Below, in pieces: positions 13,351 through 24,379 of a stretch of DNA of 64,000 nt. Made by a program: the position numbers and the translations under genes. Within the stretch, counting starts at the first letter, position 1. Each line of letters opens with the position of its first letter. The notes under the pieces are model-generated. The model was not told where the DNA came from and made no database searches. It saw only the letters and a list, made by a program, of their open reading frames with translations. Source of the stretch: Podarcis gaigeae (Eukaryota); the NCBI GenBank assembly GCA_964106915.2, contig OZ066922.1. One strand, written 5' to 3'.

Positions 13351-15415
13351 TTGTAGATATTACTGCAAATTTATTATGCTATTTTTGTGCTATACAAATG
13401 ACATGAGAAGATTTGGTCTGTTTATTTGCATCATTTATTACTCATATGATCCTTGCTCATAAAACCCAATAAAAAGGTTATTCAAAAATAAAGGCTAAAT
13501 CTACACAGAATCACATGGTCATTTTAATTTAGTGCGTTAGCAACCCAAGTCTAAAAGCACTCCACTATGACCTTCTGAAAAATCAAAGGCTTCTGACTTT
13601 AGGCCAAATGACTTAACAACTGTAAATGTCTCAAGAGACAAGAGAGGTGAGAAAGGAGGATCTTGAAATTGGATCCAAGCAAAAGGTCAGGAATGTACTT
13701 ATTCCCTCTTGGCTGCACACTTGTCCTGGCAGCATATAGGGAAGCACTGCTTTTTTTAATCCAATGTCAGAGTAGCAGCTTTTTGACACAATGCACATTA
13801 TCTTTGATAACAGTTTTGAAATAACATTTTTGGTTCACTTTGCCTGGTGACACTTTCCACATTGTTGCAAATGAAGGATTTTAACAGGTATGTAAAAAAG
13901 CAGCTCAATTATTATAACTAGAGGCATTAATCAATTCCCTCACCATTATCCTTCTCCAGAAAACCAAACGTTCGTGACTTCACAACTTTAGGTGTTGTAT
14001 ATTTGAAGTTGCACACACTTGGGCGACTTCCACTGCTGTCACACTGCTTGCAGAATGGAAGGAGAAACTCAAGGTTGCAAGGGGGAAAGGACAGAAGCAG
14101 CGAATTTCACAGTATCCACCAGTGTGATGATGGATATTGCCCAATGGAATAAAGCCGCTGTTTTCTATGTACAATCATCATGAGAGATGCCAAGTCACCA
14201 ACTGAATCAAATCCAGTATGCTGCCTTACTGTGTATTAGCTTCATTATGCTCCTATCATAAATTAAAATTTGACTTAATATGAGTAACTTTACAGTTTTT
14301 GTCCATCAGCTCAGTGGGAAGAATATTTTGCACATCCTAACCACTTATTCATATATAGCGGCAGTGACCATTTTGTGTGGGGATTCTGTTCCTGGAGCCC
14401 GCACACATTAGCGGTGTGCATTACACCCCTTTAGACGTCAGCAGAGCACACAAAAGCCGGTTACGCCCCCATTCATCCCTCTTCCAGGTCCAAAAGGATG
14501 GATACATAATATAATTACACTAGTCTTGTACAGTATTAAATTACATTTTAATCACTTGCCCCTCAATACCCATTTGATACAAAGAATTCACAATTTCAAT
14601 TGAGGAAAGGCTGAATTTTACGGCTATGGATTCAACCAGTGAAGTTCCAAACTATTTCTAAATGTATCAAAAACAATAAACTATTTTTTTATATACTGTA
14701 GGTAACATGCAAATATTCTTCATAACTTTCAAATGACTATCTAAATTTCTAGAAGTATCCAAAATTTACCTTGTTTAGTTACAAAGGGATTTCAACCCTG
14801 TAAATACAGTATATAGAAATTTACTTGGCAGTCAGTCCCTTAGGGCTTCTGTCTGTGTTGACACACACAGGAATGCACTGTAAATATTTCATATTTTAAA
14901 GAGCCAAACCTCTGAACATATATTTATCACTTCCATAAGCATCTTAAGACTTTGTGTTGACAGTTAACATACCACAAACTCAAATAATGAAGGCGTGTTT
15001 TAAAGTGCCTTCCCTGTGTGCTGTGTACTAAAATGAAACTTGGTGGGATGACTCAGAATATTGCTAGCTGGAAATTCTGCATGTCTCTATCTTCATTAAA
15101 TGAGTCAGTAATCGTCCAGTCCCCTCTTGTATGTGGGATATGTATAACTGACTATTTAGATGGTATGCTTGTCTAGTATTCCAGCTGCAGCGCGGAGACA
15201 CAACTGACAAATCTCTATAAATCATATTTAATAAGCAACACCTCAAGTGAACTTTTGTTGTGGTTTTCAAAGACTTCTCCACATTTTTAAGCTAGGCAGG
15301 AGGATGTGTGCAATAGCAGAAACTTACTGCCTCCAAACAAAGAAGGTAAGTAAAACGTTTCACAGCATACACAGAGAGAGCTAAAATGTGTTCAACTGTG
15401 TACAGAACAGGAGAA

Positions 15416-15559
15416 CAGGTATAATCTTGGAGATACTGTGGGTTCAAGTTCCAGACCACCACAATGTCGCCAAATGCGAGTCAAACACATTTTCTGGTTT
15501 CCCAGTACATATAGAAGTTATGTTTATACTACACTGTAGTCTATTAAGTGTGCATTAGC
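15416..15559. mobile_element. Tigger1-like transposon terminus
   Basis: CAGGTATAATCTTGGAGATACTGTGGGTTC..GTTCCAGACCACC...TGGTTTCCCAGT.CATATA.AAGTTATGTTTA.ACTA.ACTGTAGTCTATTAAGTGTGCA closely follows the mammalian Tigger1 end as I recall it. Confidence 0.8.
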
Positions 15560-15738
15560 CAGGCATGTCCAACCAGATCTAACTATTTTGCCCTGTGGTG
15601 TAAAAATATATAGTCTTCACAAAACTTTCATCTTGCACCTACTAAAGACAGCATTTTTAAAGATCTTGGGTGGAAAGTGTTGAATGTATAATTAATATCA
15701 GTATACTAAACAATTCTGAGATTCATATTTTAAATATA

Positions 15739-15984
15739 CAGTGGTACCTTGGTTCTTGAACATAATCCGTTCTGGAAGTCCGTTAGACTTCTAAAATGTT
15801 TGAAAACCAAGGCGCAGCTTCCGATTGGCTGCAGGAGCTTCCTGCACTCAAGTGGAAGCTGCGTTGGACATTTGGCTTCTGAAAAACGTTTGAAAACCGG
15901 AACACTTACCGGGTACTTTCGGGTTGCGGTGTTCAGGAGCCGATTTGTTCATAACTAAGCCGTTTGAGAACCAGGTTTCCACTG
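15739..15984. mobile_element. Tigger-like MITE
   Basis: TA-CAGTGGTACCTTGGTTCT...AGAACCAGGTTTCCACTG-TA. Confidence 0.88.
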
Positions 15985-16163
15985 TATACAGCTGAAAACC
16001 TTTCTACATTCATGTGTCATCTTTATTCACCTATATTTTAGGAGATGACCATGCAATTCCCCAGATGGAGAAGGGTAGGACTGTCTTACTCCAGACAGTA
16101 AGAGTTCCTTTGCAATTCCCCATTTTAAATGATAATGTATTAATGTCAATATTATGCCTCCTA

Positions 16164-16207
<44 letters not shown>

Positions 16208-16208
16208 G
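16164..16208. repeat. (CAA)n microsatellite
   Basis: Direct read; accounts for the spurious polyQ/polyV/polyC ORFs. Confidence 0.97.
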
Positions 16209-16329
16209 CGCATTCTAAAGAACCAAGCATCTTAGCAGAGTCATAAGATTGCTCTACTGGGATAAAATTATACACACACACATTCTGGAGTAAATCCTAC
16301 TGAAGTCAATAAGAACTGCTTCTACCTAG

Positions 16330-16688
16330 TAAAAGTAAAGGGACTCCTGACCATTAGGTCCAGTCGTGGCCGACTCTGGGGTTGCGGCACTCATCTCTGA
16401 CTCATCTCGCTTTATTGGCCGAGGGAGCTGGCGTACAGCTTCCGAGTCATGTAGCCAGCATGACTAAGCCGCTTCTGGCGAACCAGAGCAGCACACGGAA
16501 ATGCCGTTTACCTTCCCGCCAGAGCGGTACCTATTTATCTACTTGCACTGTGTGCTTTCAAACTGCTAGGTTGGCAGGAGCAGGGACTGAGCAACGGGAG
16601 CTCACCCCATCGCGGGGATTCGAACTGCCGACCTTCTGACTGGCAAGTCCTAGGCTCTGTGGTTTAACCCACAGCACCACCCGCGTCC
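16330..16688 (-). mobile_element. Sauria SINE
   Basis: Reverse complement of the copies at 2091 and 36719; GCTTCTACCTA repeated in both flanks. Confidence 0.93.
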
Positions 16689-17167
16689 TTACCTAAGGAC
16701 CCGCTTCTACCTAAACATGCACAAAATCAGAATCCAAGCTCCCACATCCCAAAAAAGAGAAGTTTCATGGTATTAGTGGCATTATTTATCATTCATTCCT
16801 CACATTATATTTAACTATTATTTGACCTTTATACTGCCCAACAGTTTTGAAAAAGCATAGCAGACTATTAATCTATATTTCTGTGGATTATTATTATTTT
16901 AATGGTTTGGAGTAAATCCTATTAATCTTGTTGGCAAAAATTCCCCAGAGTGATTTCCCGAAGGGCTTTGAAACGAGAAAGAACTTTGTACTGACTAAAA
17001 GCAAACTAGTTATAAAACCCAACGTTTTGTTTCATGAGATCTTCACCCACCCCTGCAAATCTAATTTAAGGCAAGGAAACACGGGGGGGGGGGGGGGAAT
17101 GCCAACTGTCTTGTATTGAAGCATAATACCTCATGCGCTTTCTCCCATTTACAGATTGAAAGCAAAA

Positions 17168-17281
17168 TTATAATATAATATAATATAATATAATATAATA
17201 TAATATAATATAATATAATATAATATTTATACCTAGTCCAGCTGGCTGGGTTTCCCCAGCCACTCTGGGTGGCTTTCCCTC
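17168..17281 (-). repeat. (TAATA)n pentamer array grown from an L2 3' tail, plus the L2 tip
   Basis: About 11 TAATA units followed by CTGGCTGGGTTTCCCCAGCCACTCTGGG, as at the L2 end at ~27.79 kb. Confidence 0.8.
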
Positions 17282-17324
17282 AAAATGGCTGCTTTTCTCT
17301 TATATTACACCCTTGGGGATGGTC

Positions 17325-17512
17325 AAAACTCAGCGATAAAGGGGATCTGCCTTACATGCAGAAGGTCCTGGGCACAATTCTCACATCTCCAGGTAGGGTT
17401 AGGATAGACTGCCTGAAACCCTAGAAAGCTCTTGCTAGTCGGCGTATAGAACACTGAACTAGACTGTCAAACCAATAGCCTGACTCTGCATAAAGTAGCT
17501 TCCTATGTTCCA
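17325..17512 (+). mobile_element. tRNA-head SINE with CR1-like tail (Squam2-like)
   Basis: CATGCAGAAGGTCC...CATCTCCAGGTAGGG...CCTGAAACCCT...GCTTCCTATGTTCC; related copies at 58535, 56280 (-), 49320 (-), 51415 (-). Confidence 0.7.
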
Positions 17513-17849
17513 CATTGATGTTAGGAACTCAGATATATAAACTAATCACCAAACGGCACCTTAAACCTAGGTTATGGTCACTACAACGGAATGCCTAGGC
17601 ATTAGGTTTTTTTGCAATAACATTTATTTTATTTTATTTTATTTTATTTTATTTTATTTATTTATTATTATTCATTTCATTTCTATACCATTTATATAAG
17701 TAGTTTACAACACATTAAAACATCAAATAAAAAATTCAGAATATTGTAAAACAAATTCTGGAAAATTTTGCTTTCCCCATTTTTTGCTTTCCCCATTTAT
17801 TTACCTACTTAATTTATATAGCTGCCCCATAGCAGAAGTTCTCTAGGTA

Positions 17850-18040
17850 GCCAGTGTGGTATAGTGGTGAAGAGTCCAGGGTTCATATCCCCACACAAGT
17901 CATGAAGCTCATTGGGTGACCTTGGGCCAATCACAGCCTCTTAACTTACCTCACAAGGTCACTGTAGGGATTAACTATGGGGGAGGGATGAACTATGCAC
18001 TCATTGGGGGGAAAAGGTGAGATATAAATGCAATAAATAA
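17850..18040 (+). mobile_element. tRNA/CORE (Squam3-like) SINE
   Basis: GCCAGTGTGGTATAGTGG A-box, GGTTCATATCC B-box, GGGTGACCTTGGGCCA CORE, AATAAATAA tail. Confidence 0.8.
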
Positions 18041-18609
18041 GTTCTTCTGTTTACCTGCTTAAGAAAGCTGAAGGGAACAGCCACATGGAAATGTCAGTTG
18101 TCAAACTGGCATCCAGAGATCTCCATGTTGTTGCAACTAGACCAGTACAAGTTGCAAAATGCACCTGGTGAATTTCTAACACTGAGCACAGCACATTATA
18201 ATTGCTACAATAGGCAGAAAAACCATTAAGTGTTCCACCAAGACCCTCAGCAACTTTCAAAAGGCCCAATGCTGGGGAAAATTGGGAACCACTGTCCTTT
18301 GAGAGTGTTAATCAATGTGCAGATGAGGATAATCCAGTAGGCACTGTGTACTTAGACTACAAGTCCCATCATCCCTGACCATTTCCATGCCGGCTGGGGC
18401 TGATGAGACTTGCAGTCCAACAACATCAGAGGGACCAAAAGTTCCCCATCCCTGGGCCTGTATCAAATAAGAACTGCTTCTAGGTAACCAAGTAAGAAAA
18501 AGCTAGTCTTTGCAGCTTGAATAATAAAGCGGGAGAGCTGATGGGATGCTCTGCTCTTCAACACAGTGAACACCAGTGTGGTTCAGTGTTGAACAGTCTG
18601 CTGTTCAAC

Positions 18610-18843
18610 GCCAGTGTGGTGTAGTGGTTAAGAGCGGTAGTCTCGTAATCTGGGGAACTGGGTTCGCATCTCCGCTCCTCCACATGCAGCTGCCGGGTGA
18701 CCTTGGGCCAGTCACACTTCTCTGAAGTCTCTCAGCCCCACTCACCTCACAGAATGTTCGTTGTGGGGGAGGAAGGGAAAGGAGAATGTTAGCCGCTTTG
18801 AGACTCCTTAAAGGGAGTGAAAGGCGGGATATCAAATCCAAAC
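18610..18843 (+). mobile_element. tRNA/CORE (Squam3-like) SINE, young
   Basis: GCCAGTGTGGTGTAGTGGTTAAGAGC...GGTTCGCATC...GGGTGACCTTGGGCCAGTCAC...AAAGGCGGGATATCAAATCCAAAC. Confidence 0.85.
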
Positions 18844-19302
18844 GCGCCTTCCATCAGCAGATGGGTACTAATTGGCTTCAACCCCAAGATTCCAGAAGCA
18901 CAGATTTAGAGGATGTTATTTGCATCCTGGCTTTGGGCAAATCTATTTTCACATCCCAACCATTTTGAAAGACAACTTTGTAGAGAAAATGCTATCCCTA
19001 TGCAGCTGTTGCTACACAATTATAATACCACTAAGCAAACTTCAGATAATACTGCACTGAGTATGAATGGTGGCAAACTGTGACAGTTACTCACTGCATT
19101 TGCCACAATAGAAAGGTAACATAACAAGCTGGAAATTTTCCTTTGAACCATTAATCATTTCTGACTAAAAGAAGACTCCATCAAGGAACAGGAGCTACAT
19201 TAAAGAGGTTTCCCATAAGCAGTTGGAATAGCACAGTACAGTAGTCCTATTCTGGTAGGTATCATGGCATGTGAAGCAAGAACATATTATTTAGGTTGTG
19301 AT

Positions 19303-19451
19303 CATGGTTGTCGTTCAGTCGTGTTAGTCATGCTCAACTCTCCGTGAACCCATGAACCAGAGCATGCCTTGGAATGTCTTCTCAAAGCTTCATCTTTTGA
19401 CCATGGAGTGTTCATGGCAAAATACTGGAGTGGTTGCCAGTTCCTTCTCCA
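19303..19451 (-). mobile_element. Bov-A-like short BovB derivative
   Basis: Minus strand reads TGGAGAAGGAACTGGCAACCACTCCAGTATTTTGCC...CCATGG joined to a BovB-type 3' end; TSD TTAGG(T/C)TGTGAT (19291-19302 / 19452-19463). Confidence 0.75.
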
Positions 19452-19520
19452 TTAGGCTGTGATACAAAGCAGCAAATTCCATTTAACTCAGTGGTGCTTA
19501 CTTTCAATACACTATTCTTA

Positions 19521-19860
19521 AAGGTAAAGGGACCCCTGACCATTAGGTCCAGTCGTGACCGACTCTGGGGTTGCGGCCTCATCTCGCTTTATTGGCCGAG
19601 GGAGCCGGTGTACAGCTTCCAGGTCATGTGGCCAGCATGACTAAGCCGCTTCTGGCGATCCAGAGCAGCGCACGGAAACACCGTTTACCTTCCCGCCGGA
19701 GCGGTACCTATTTATCTTCTTGCACTTTGATGTGCTTTCGAACTGCTAGGTTGGCAGGAGTAGGGACCGAGCTCACCCCGTCGCGGGGATTCGAACCACC
19801 GACCTTCTGATTGGCAAGTCCTAGGCTCTGTGGTTTAACCCACAGCACCACCCGCATCCC
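19521..19860 (-). mobile_element. Sauria SINE
   Basis: Full-length reverse copy; 13-bp TSD TACACTATTCTTA (19508-19520 / 19861-19873). Confidence 0.95.
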
Positions 19861-20481
19861 TACACTATTCTTAGGATTAAGGAATTAAGCTTGAAATTTC
19901 TGTAGCTTTCTTTACATTCCTGATAACATGTCACGGCAGGCAGTTTGGGAGAACAGTCAAAAGTTCAGTAGTTAAAGCGAAGGGAAAGAAGAACTGCCAA
20001 AAACACACACCCAGAATTACATTGTATGAAAACTGCTTTCCCCTAAACTGGACAGTAACTTTGGCCTTTTCAAGTTACCCAACTTTACTGTGACCCGTAC
20101 TGAATCACAACAGACAGGTTAAGATTTAACAAGTGAAGTTGCTCACAATGATAAATCTGGAATGCTGCCCGTCTGCAAGGCCATGTTCATTTGCTGAGTA
20201 ATATACATTTATTTCCTTTATATTTCACCATGTAACGGTTTTGCAAAAGATGGTGTGTGTTGCCATTACAAGTAAGTTTGTCCAAGGCCTCTGCACTCAG
20301 GGCTTTTCAAATGCAGGTTACACCCCCCATAGACAACAGACAACCATTTTCCTCACTGAGCCACAATTCCAGAGTAGTGTAACTCTGGGAACTGTAGTTC
20401 TGTAACATGAATATGGGTCTCTCCTAACAAACTACACTCCCCAAGATTCTTTGGGGTAGCCATGACAGCTATAGTTATATG

Positions 20482-20775
20482 GGATGGCAACACAAGAACA
20501 GGCCTTTTCTGTGGTGTCTCCCCATTTGTGGACTGCTCTCCCCAGGGAGGCTCACCTAGCGCTTTTATTACATATTTTTAGGTGCCAGGTGAAAATGATC
20601 CTCTACAACCAGGTCTTTGGTGGATTAAACAATCTATGGCTTTGGAAATGTGTTTGTAGGTTGGTTTTGTTGTTGTTGTTGTTATGTTCTGCATCTTGTG
20701 GGAGCTTTTTGCAGGGTGGGTTATGTTGCAATCTTCAGATGAAGGGCCATATACAACTATAATAAATAATTATTA
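20482..20775 (+). mobile_element. L2-clade LINE 3' end
   Basis: ORF remnant QAFSVVSPHLWTALP (L2 RAFS.AAP.LWN.LP motif); AT-rich tail. Confidence 0.8.
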
Positions 20776-21221
20776 TAATAATTACAATAATAGTGTTTGA
20801 AATATATAGTACAGAAAGAGCCTGACAGTGATCATTAAAGTAACACAAAGGTCCCCAAAAGGAGTGTGGAATGGGTGGAATGTCAAGCTGGCTGCCTCCT
20901 GAACCAGTCATATGATTGCTTTGTCAGGTAGCCAGCTGCAGTAATGTACCCAACTGACATTTTTGGCATATTGCTCCTGCAAGGGAATTCAGATCACAAC
21001 TGGAAGTTCCAAGAGGAAGCCTTAGGGATTTCTACATAGTAAATATTGAGGATTAGAGTGGAAGTCCACAGAAAGCACAGGCAAGACAATGGGTGATGAA
21101 AACGGTAAGGGTAGTGGCTGGCGCACAGGAAATAACTCTGAAATATAAATACCTCTGCACGAGCATAGCATATTGGGCAGGGGGGGGAGACACTTAAGAC
21201 TGGAAGCCCCAGCCATATGAA

Positions 21222-21957
21222 TCAAATCAAATTTTATTAAACGGTCACAGACCAGATTAACTCGTAGTCAGCGAAGCATAACACCGGAAAAAACAAAGGA
21301 CAATTTCAATACAGATTAGGCCATAACAGCAATTTAAAATTAGACAGCATAAATAAAATTAAGTATTTGCCTTCCCCTGCATATTGACATTGGAAAGCTC
21401 TTGTTTCCTACGCCTAATAGCGGCTACACAGAATTTGGCAACATTGATCGTAATTTCAGGAACCTTATCTTCTACCAAGGCTCTCATACGTTGGAGTTCT
21501 GGTTCATGTTTAAGCTTTTGTAGAACTGGGGCAATAAAGGTCAGGCGTAGATCCTCGTAGTAACTACAGTGCAGCAATACATGCAGACTTGTTTCCACTT
21601 CCGATGAGCCACATGGGCAAACACGTGACTCATATGGTTTGCCCTCATATCTGCCTAGCAGCAGGGCAGAGGGCAGAACGTTGAATCTGGCCAGGGTAAA
21701 GAGTGTCTGTACTTAGGAATTTGTAAATCAGCCAGATAATTTGTGGGTGAAAACCCTCTCCCAAAGTCTCTAATTGTGGCATGTTTATCCATTTTGCCCA
21801 TATGACATTGCAACTCTATGTCCCTAATGAGTTGAAGCACTTGACTTTTGGCTCTCTCATATCCTGCCGCTATCAAGATCTGCGGGGAGAATCCCAGGCT
21901 TCTTATCTTTTCAAACAGGGAAGCTTTCCAGGTAGAATGAAAGGTGTCATTCTTCTT
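21222..21957 (-). mobile_element. RTE-X-like LINE, 5'-truncated
   Basis: Frameshifted C-terminus ...ARFNVLPSALLLGRY...RVCPCG..VETSLHVLLHC (CCHC-type); AATAAA(ATTTG)n tail; 12-bp TSD CAGCCATATGAA (21210-21221 / 21958-21969). Confidence 0.8.
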
Positions 21958-22408
21958 CAGCCATATGAAGTACTGCAAAGAACCAGCAACACATAATCAA
22001 ACTGCGCTTGCAAGAAAGACAGAATCTAAGAAGTTATAGTAGCATGAGAAAGCAAGGCAATCAGAACAGCACAGTAGGTATTTGTGCTTTCAACAACTTA
22101 GATTGACCTTGTTTGACACGGCACTAAACCATGACTTTGTGCTACATGAATGAGCTGTAGGAAACCTCAGGCTCATAGTCTCACCCATCCCTCAACAAGC
22201 ATGCTTTAAACCGGCCTACATGTCAAATAGTAGAAAGTCCTGAAACCTTGTCACAAGGTTTTCTGCATCAAGTAATGATCTCAGATTTACTGTGATAACA
22301 ACACAAGAATGTCCTGAGAAATCATTAAATCTAGATAACGATAATGCATTCAAAGGCTCAGTTATCACTATTTGAAAGCCAGGTGGCAGAGTAAAGGCAC
22401 AATTTTAA

Positions 22409-22439
22409 ATACTAAGCTCTTGAAAATACTAAGCTCTTG

Positions 22440-22484
<45 letters not shown>
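22409..22484. repeat. Tandem duplication AAATACTAAGCTCTTGA x2 followed by (TA)n
   Basis: Direct read. Confidence 0.9.
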
Positions 22485-22487
<3 letters not shown>

Positions 22488-24379
22488 GACAGAAAGTAGA
22501 CAACAACATCTAAACACAATCACGTGTCAATTAGTGGAGAACAACATCACTTATGGATGCCATTATTACTAGTTTCCTTAATCAATCAAGCATGCACCAA
22601 GGCACTGGAAACACGTGATCAGTAAACAACTTCAAGTCAAACAACATTCTACCAGCCAAGAATTGTGATCTGCCAAGTGCTTCACAACTTGCCTTTCTGT
22701 ACTATAGTTTCAAATAGACAGCAAAAACAGGTCTTTTGTCAAGACTCTGATAAACCACACTACATGGCTGACTGCTTAGGTCACAGACTTCACACAGGCC
22801 AGCCAGTCTGTGTCAAATCAGACTACAGGTAACTCTTCCCACCCCCCAGTTTCACAAAATTAAAGAAAGCAGTTAAGCAAGCCTATGTTCGTCAACACAT
22901 TTTTTAAAAGGCATACTGTGGTTTTAGAAGCTCATTTGCTGAAACAGCTTTTCTATGCCTTCTTCACCCCCCACAATTATGTGCCTAGAATAATAAAGTG
23001 GCTTAGCTCACATGATTTCCAAAAAACTTATTTAACTATTGTTCCCCTTATCTCTAGTCTCCAGTCATACAATATACCCAAAGAAAGAAATTAACAATCA
23101 ATTTTATCAAAATAAATCATAGTGTCATGTACATGTTTACTCATAACCAAGCCCAACTCTGATAGCTATGAATCAGGTTACAGCCTAAACATGTAAGGAC
23201 CCTTCACTCACTCACAAACTTTCTTTTCCACCAGCCAAACTTATTTGATGGTAAAGATGCTTAAGCTTGTGCCTTAATTTTCATTAGGCATCAAACTGCT
23301 TAAAGTAAAACTTCAAGCTTATTTTAAATGTTGTAATGAAGAACTTCACAAAAATGTATCCATGTGATGACCCTTATACGCGCCTAGAGGCCAGAATCAA
23401 GATTCAGAAAGCCAGCCAGAAATCAGATTTTAGGTACCCATTCTGAGAGAAAGGGAGACAGGGCCACACAACCTGTTGAGCTATGAGTGAATTTACATGT
23501 TTAAGAGAATCCTTTTAAGTGTCTCCTACAGAACCCTAGAAACATCAAAGTTTCATACTCAAATCTTAGAAAAATAATTGGACTGCAGGGGTCTGGTCTG
23601 GTCACTTGTTCACTTGCAGCTCTCCTCTGCTCTCTAAGCCAGTATATCTGCTAGCAGAGGTTCATGCTGCATGCAACTGATGAAACAATATGCATGCATT
23701 TTTAAACAACTAACCTGTATATTCTTTGACAAACTACAGGTACTATAAATTATTCCTAGATCACATATTACTTTGCTGTAATTCATACTGGCTTCAAAGA
23801 AGGAAAACAATTGTGTAAATGGGATCATTCCTTGCTCATAAAATGTTTGGGAAATGTGCATCGGATGTCTAGATCCAGGAAAATCCAAAACAAAGATTGA
23901 TATAAAAGTGCAAGACATGAGGAAAGAAAGAAAAAATCACTCTAAGCATCATTTCTGAAAAGAGCCTTACTTTGATCAAAACAGCCATCTCTATGGTAAG
24001 CGGAAACTCTTTTCCCTCTTAGCCAAAAAGATAAAGGCGATTAAGCTGGAATTATTTCCCAGTGACCTATATAATTTTGTCAGCTTGCCAGTTACTATTA
24101 GTGCAGGCCATCTAGGGATGGAATGGCAATAACCACAACCTAACCCTTTTCTGGGGGCAATGGGAAAGGGTCGATCCAATCAATTTTAAAACAGAACAGT
24201 ACTGTAATTATTAGCAGCGATGTGAAGTAAACAAAGTTTGCTGTAACATGTTGCTACCTTCCTCTAGCTAAGAAAGTCGCTTCCCTGTTCGCCCCTCCCA
24301 CAGCAGCAGCATCCATTCCCCAGCAGGGAGAGGATTAAGTTTGTTAACTCAAGAGAGACCGGTTTCGTCTGGGCAGAGT

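Noticed and set aside
13974-14198. C/D snoRNA candidate on the minus strand (ATGATGA near a GTGACTT/AAGTCAC terminal repeat)
   Set aside because: No terminal CTGA D box (GTGA instead), and the C box is too far from the stem.
16014-16281. PolyQ, polyV and polyC ORFs
   Set aside because: Translations of a (CAA)n microsatellite; no splice or coding context.
18610-18685. tRNA-like sequence with A and B boxes
   Set aside because: It is a SINE head continuing into a CORE domain; no complete cloverleaf. The same applies to the other SINE heads.
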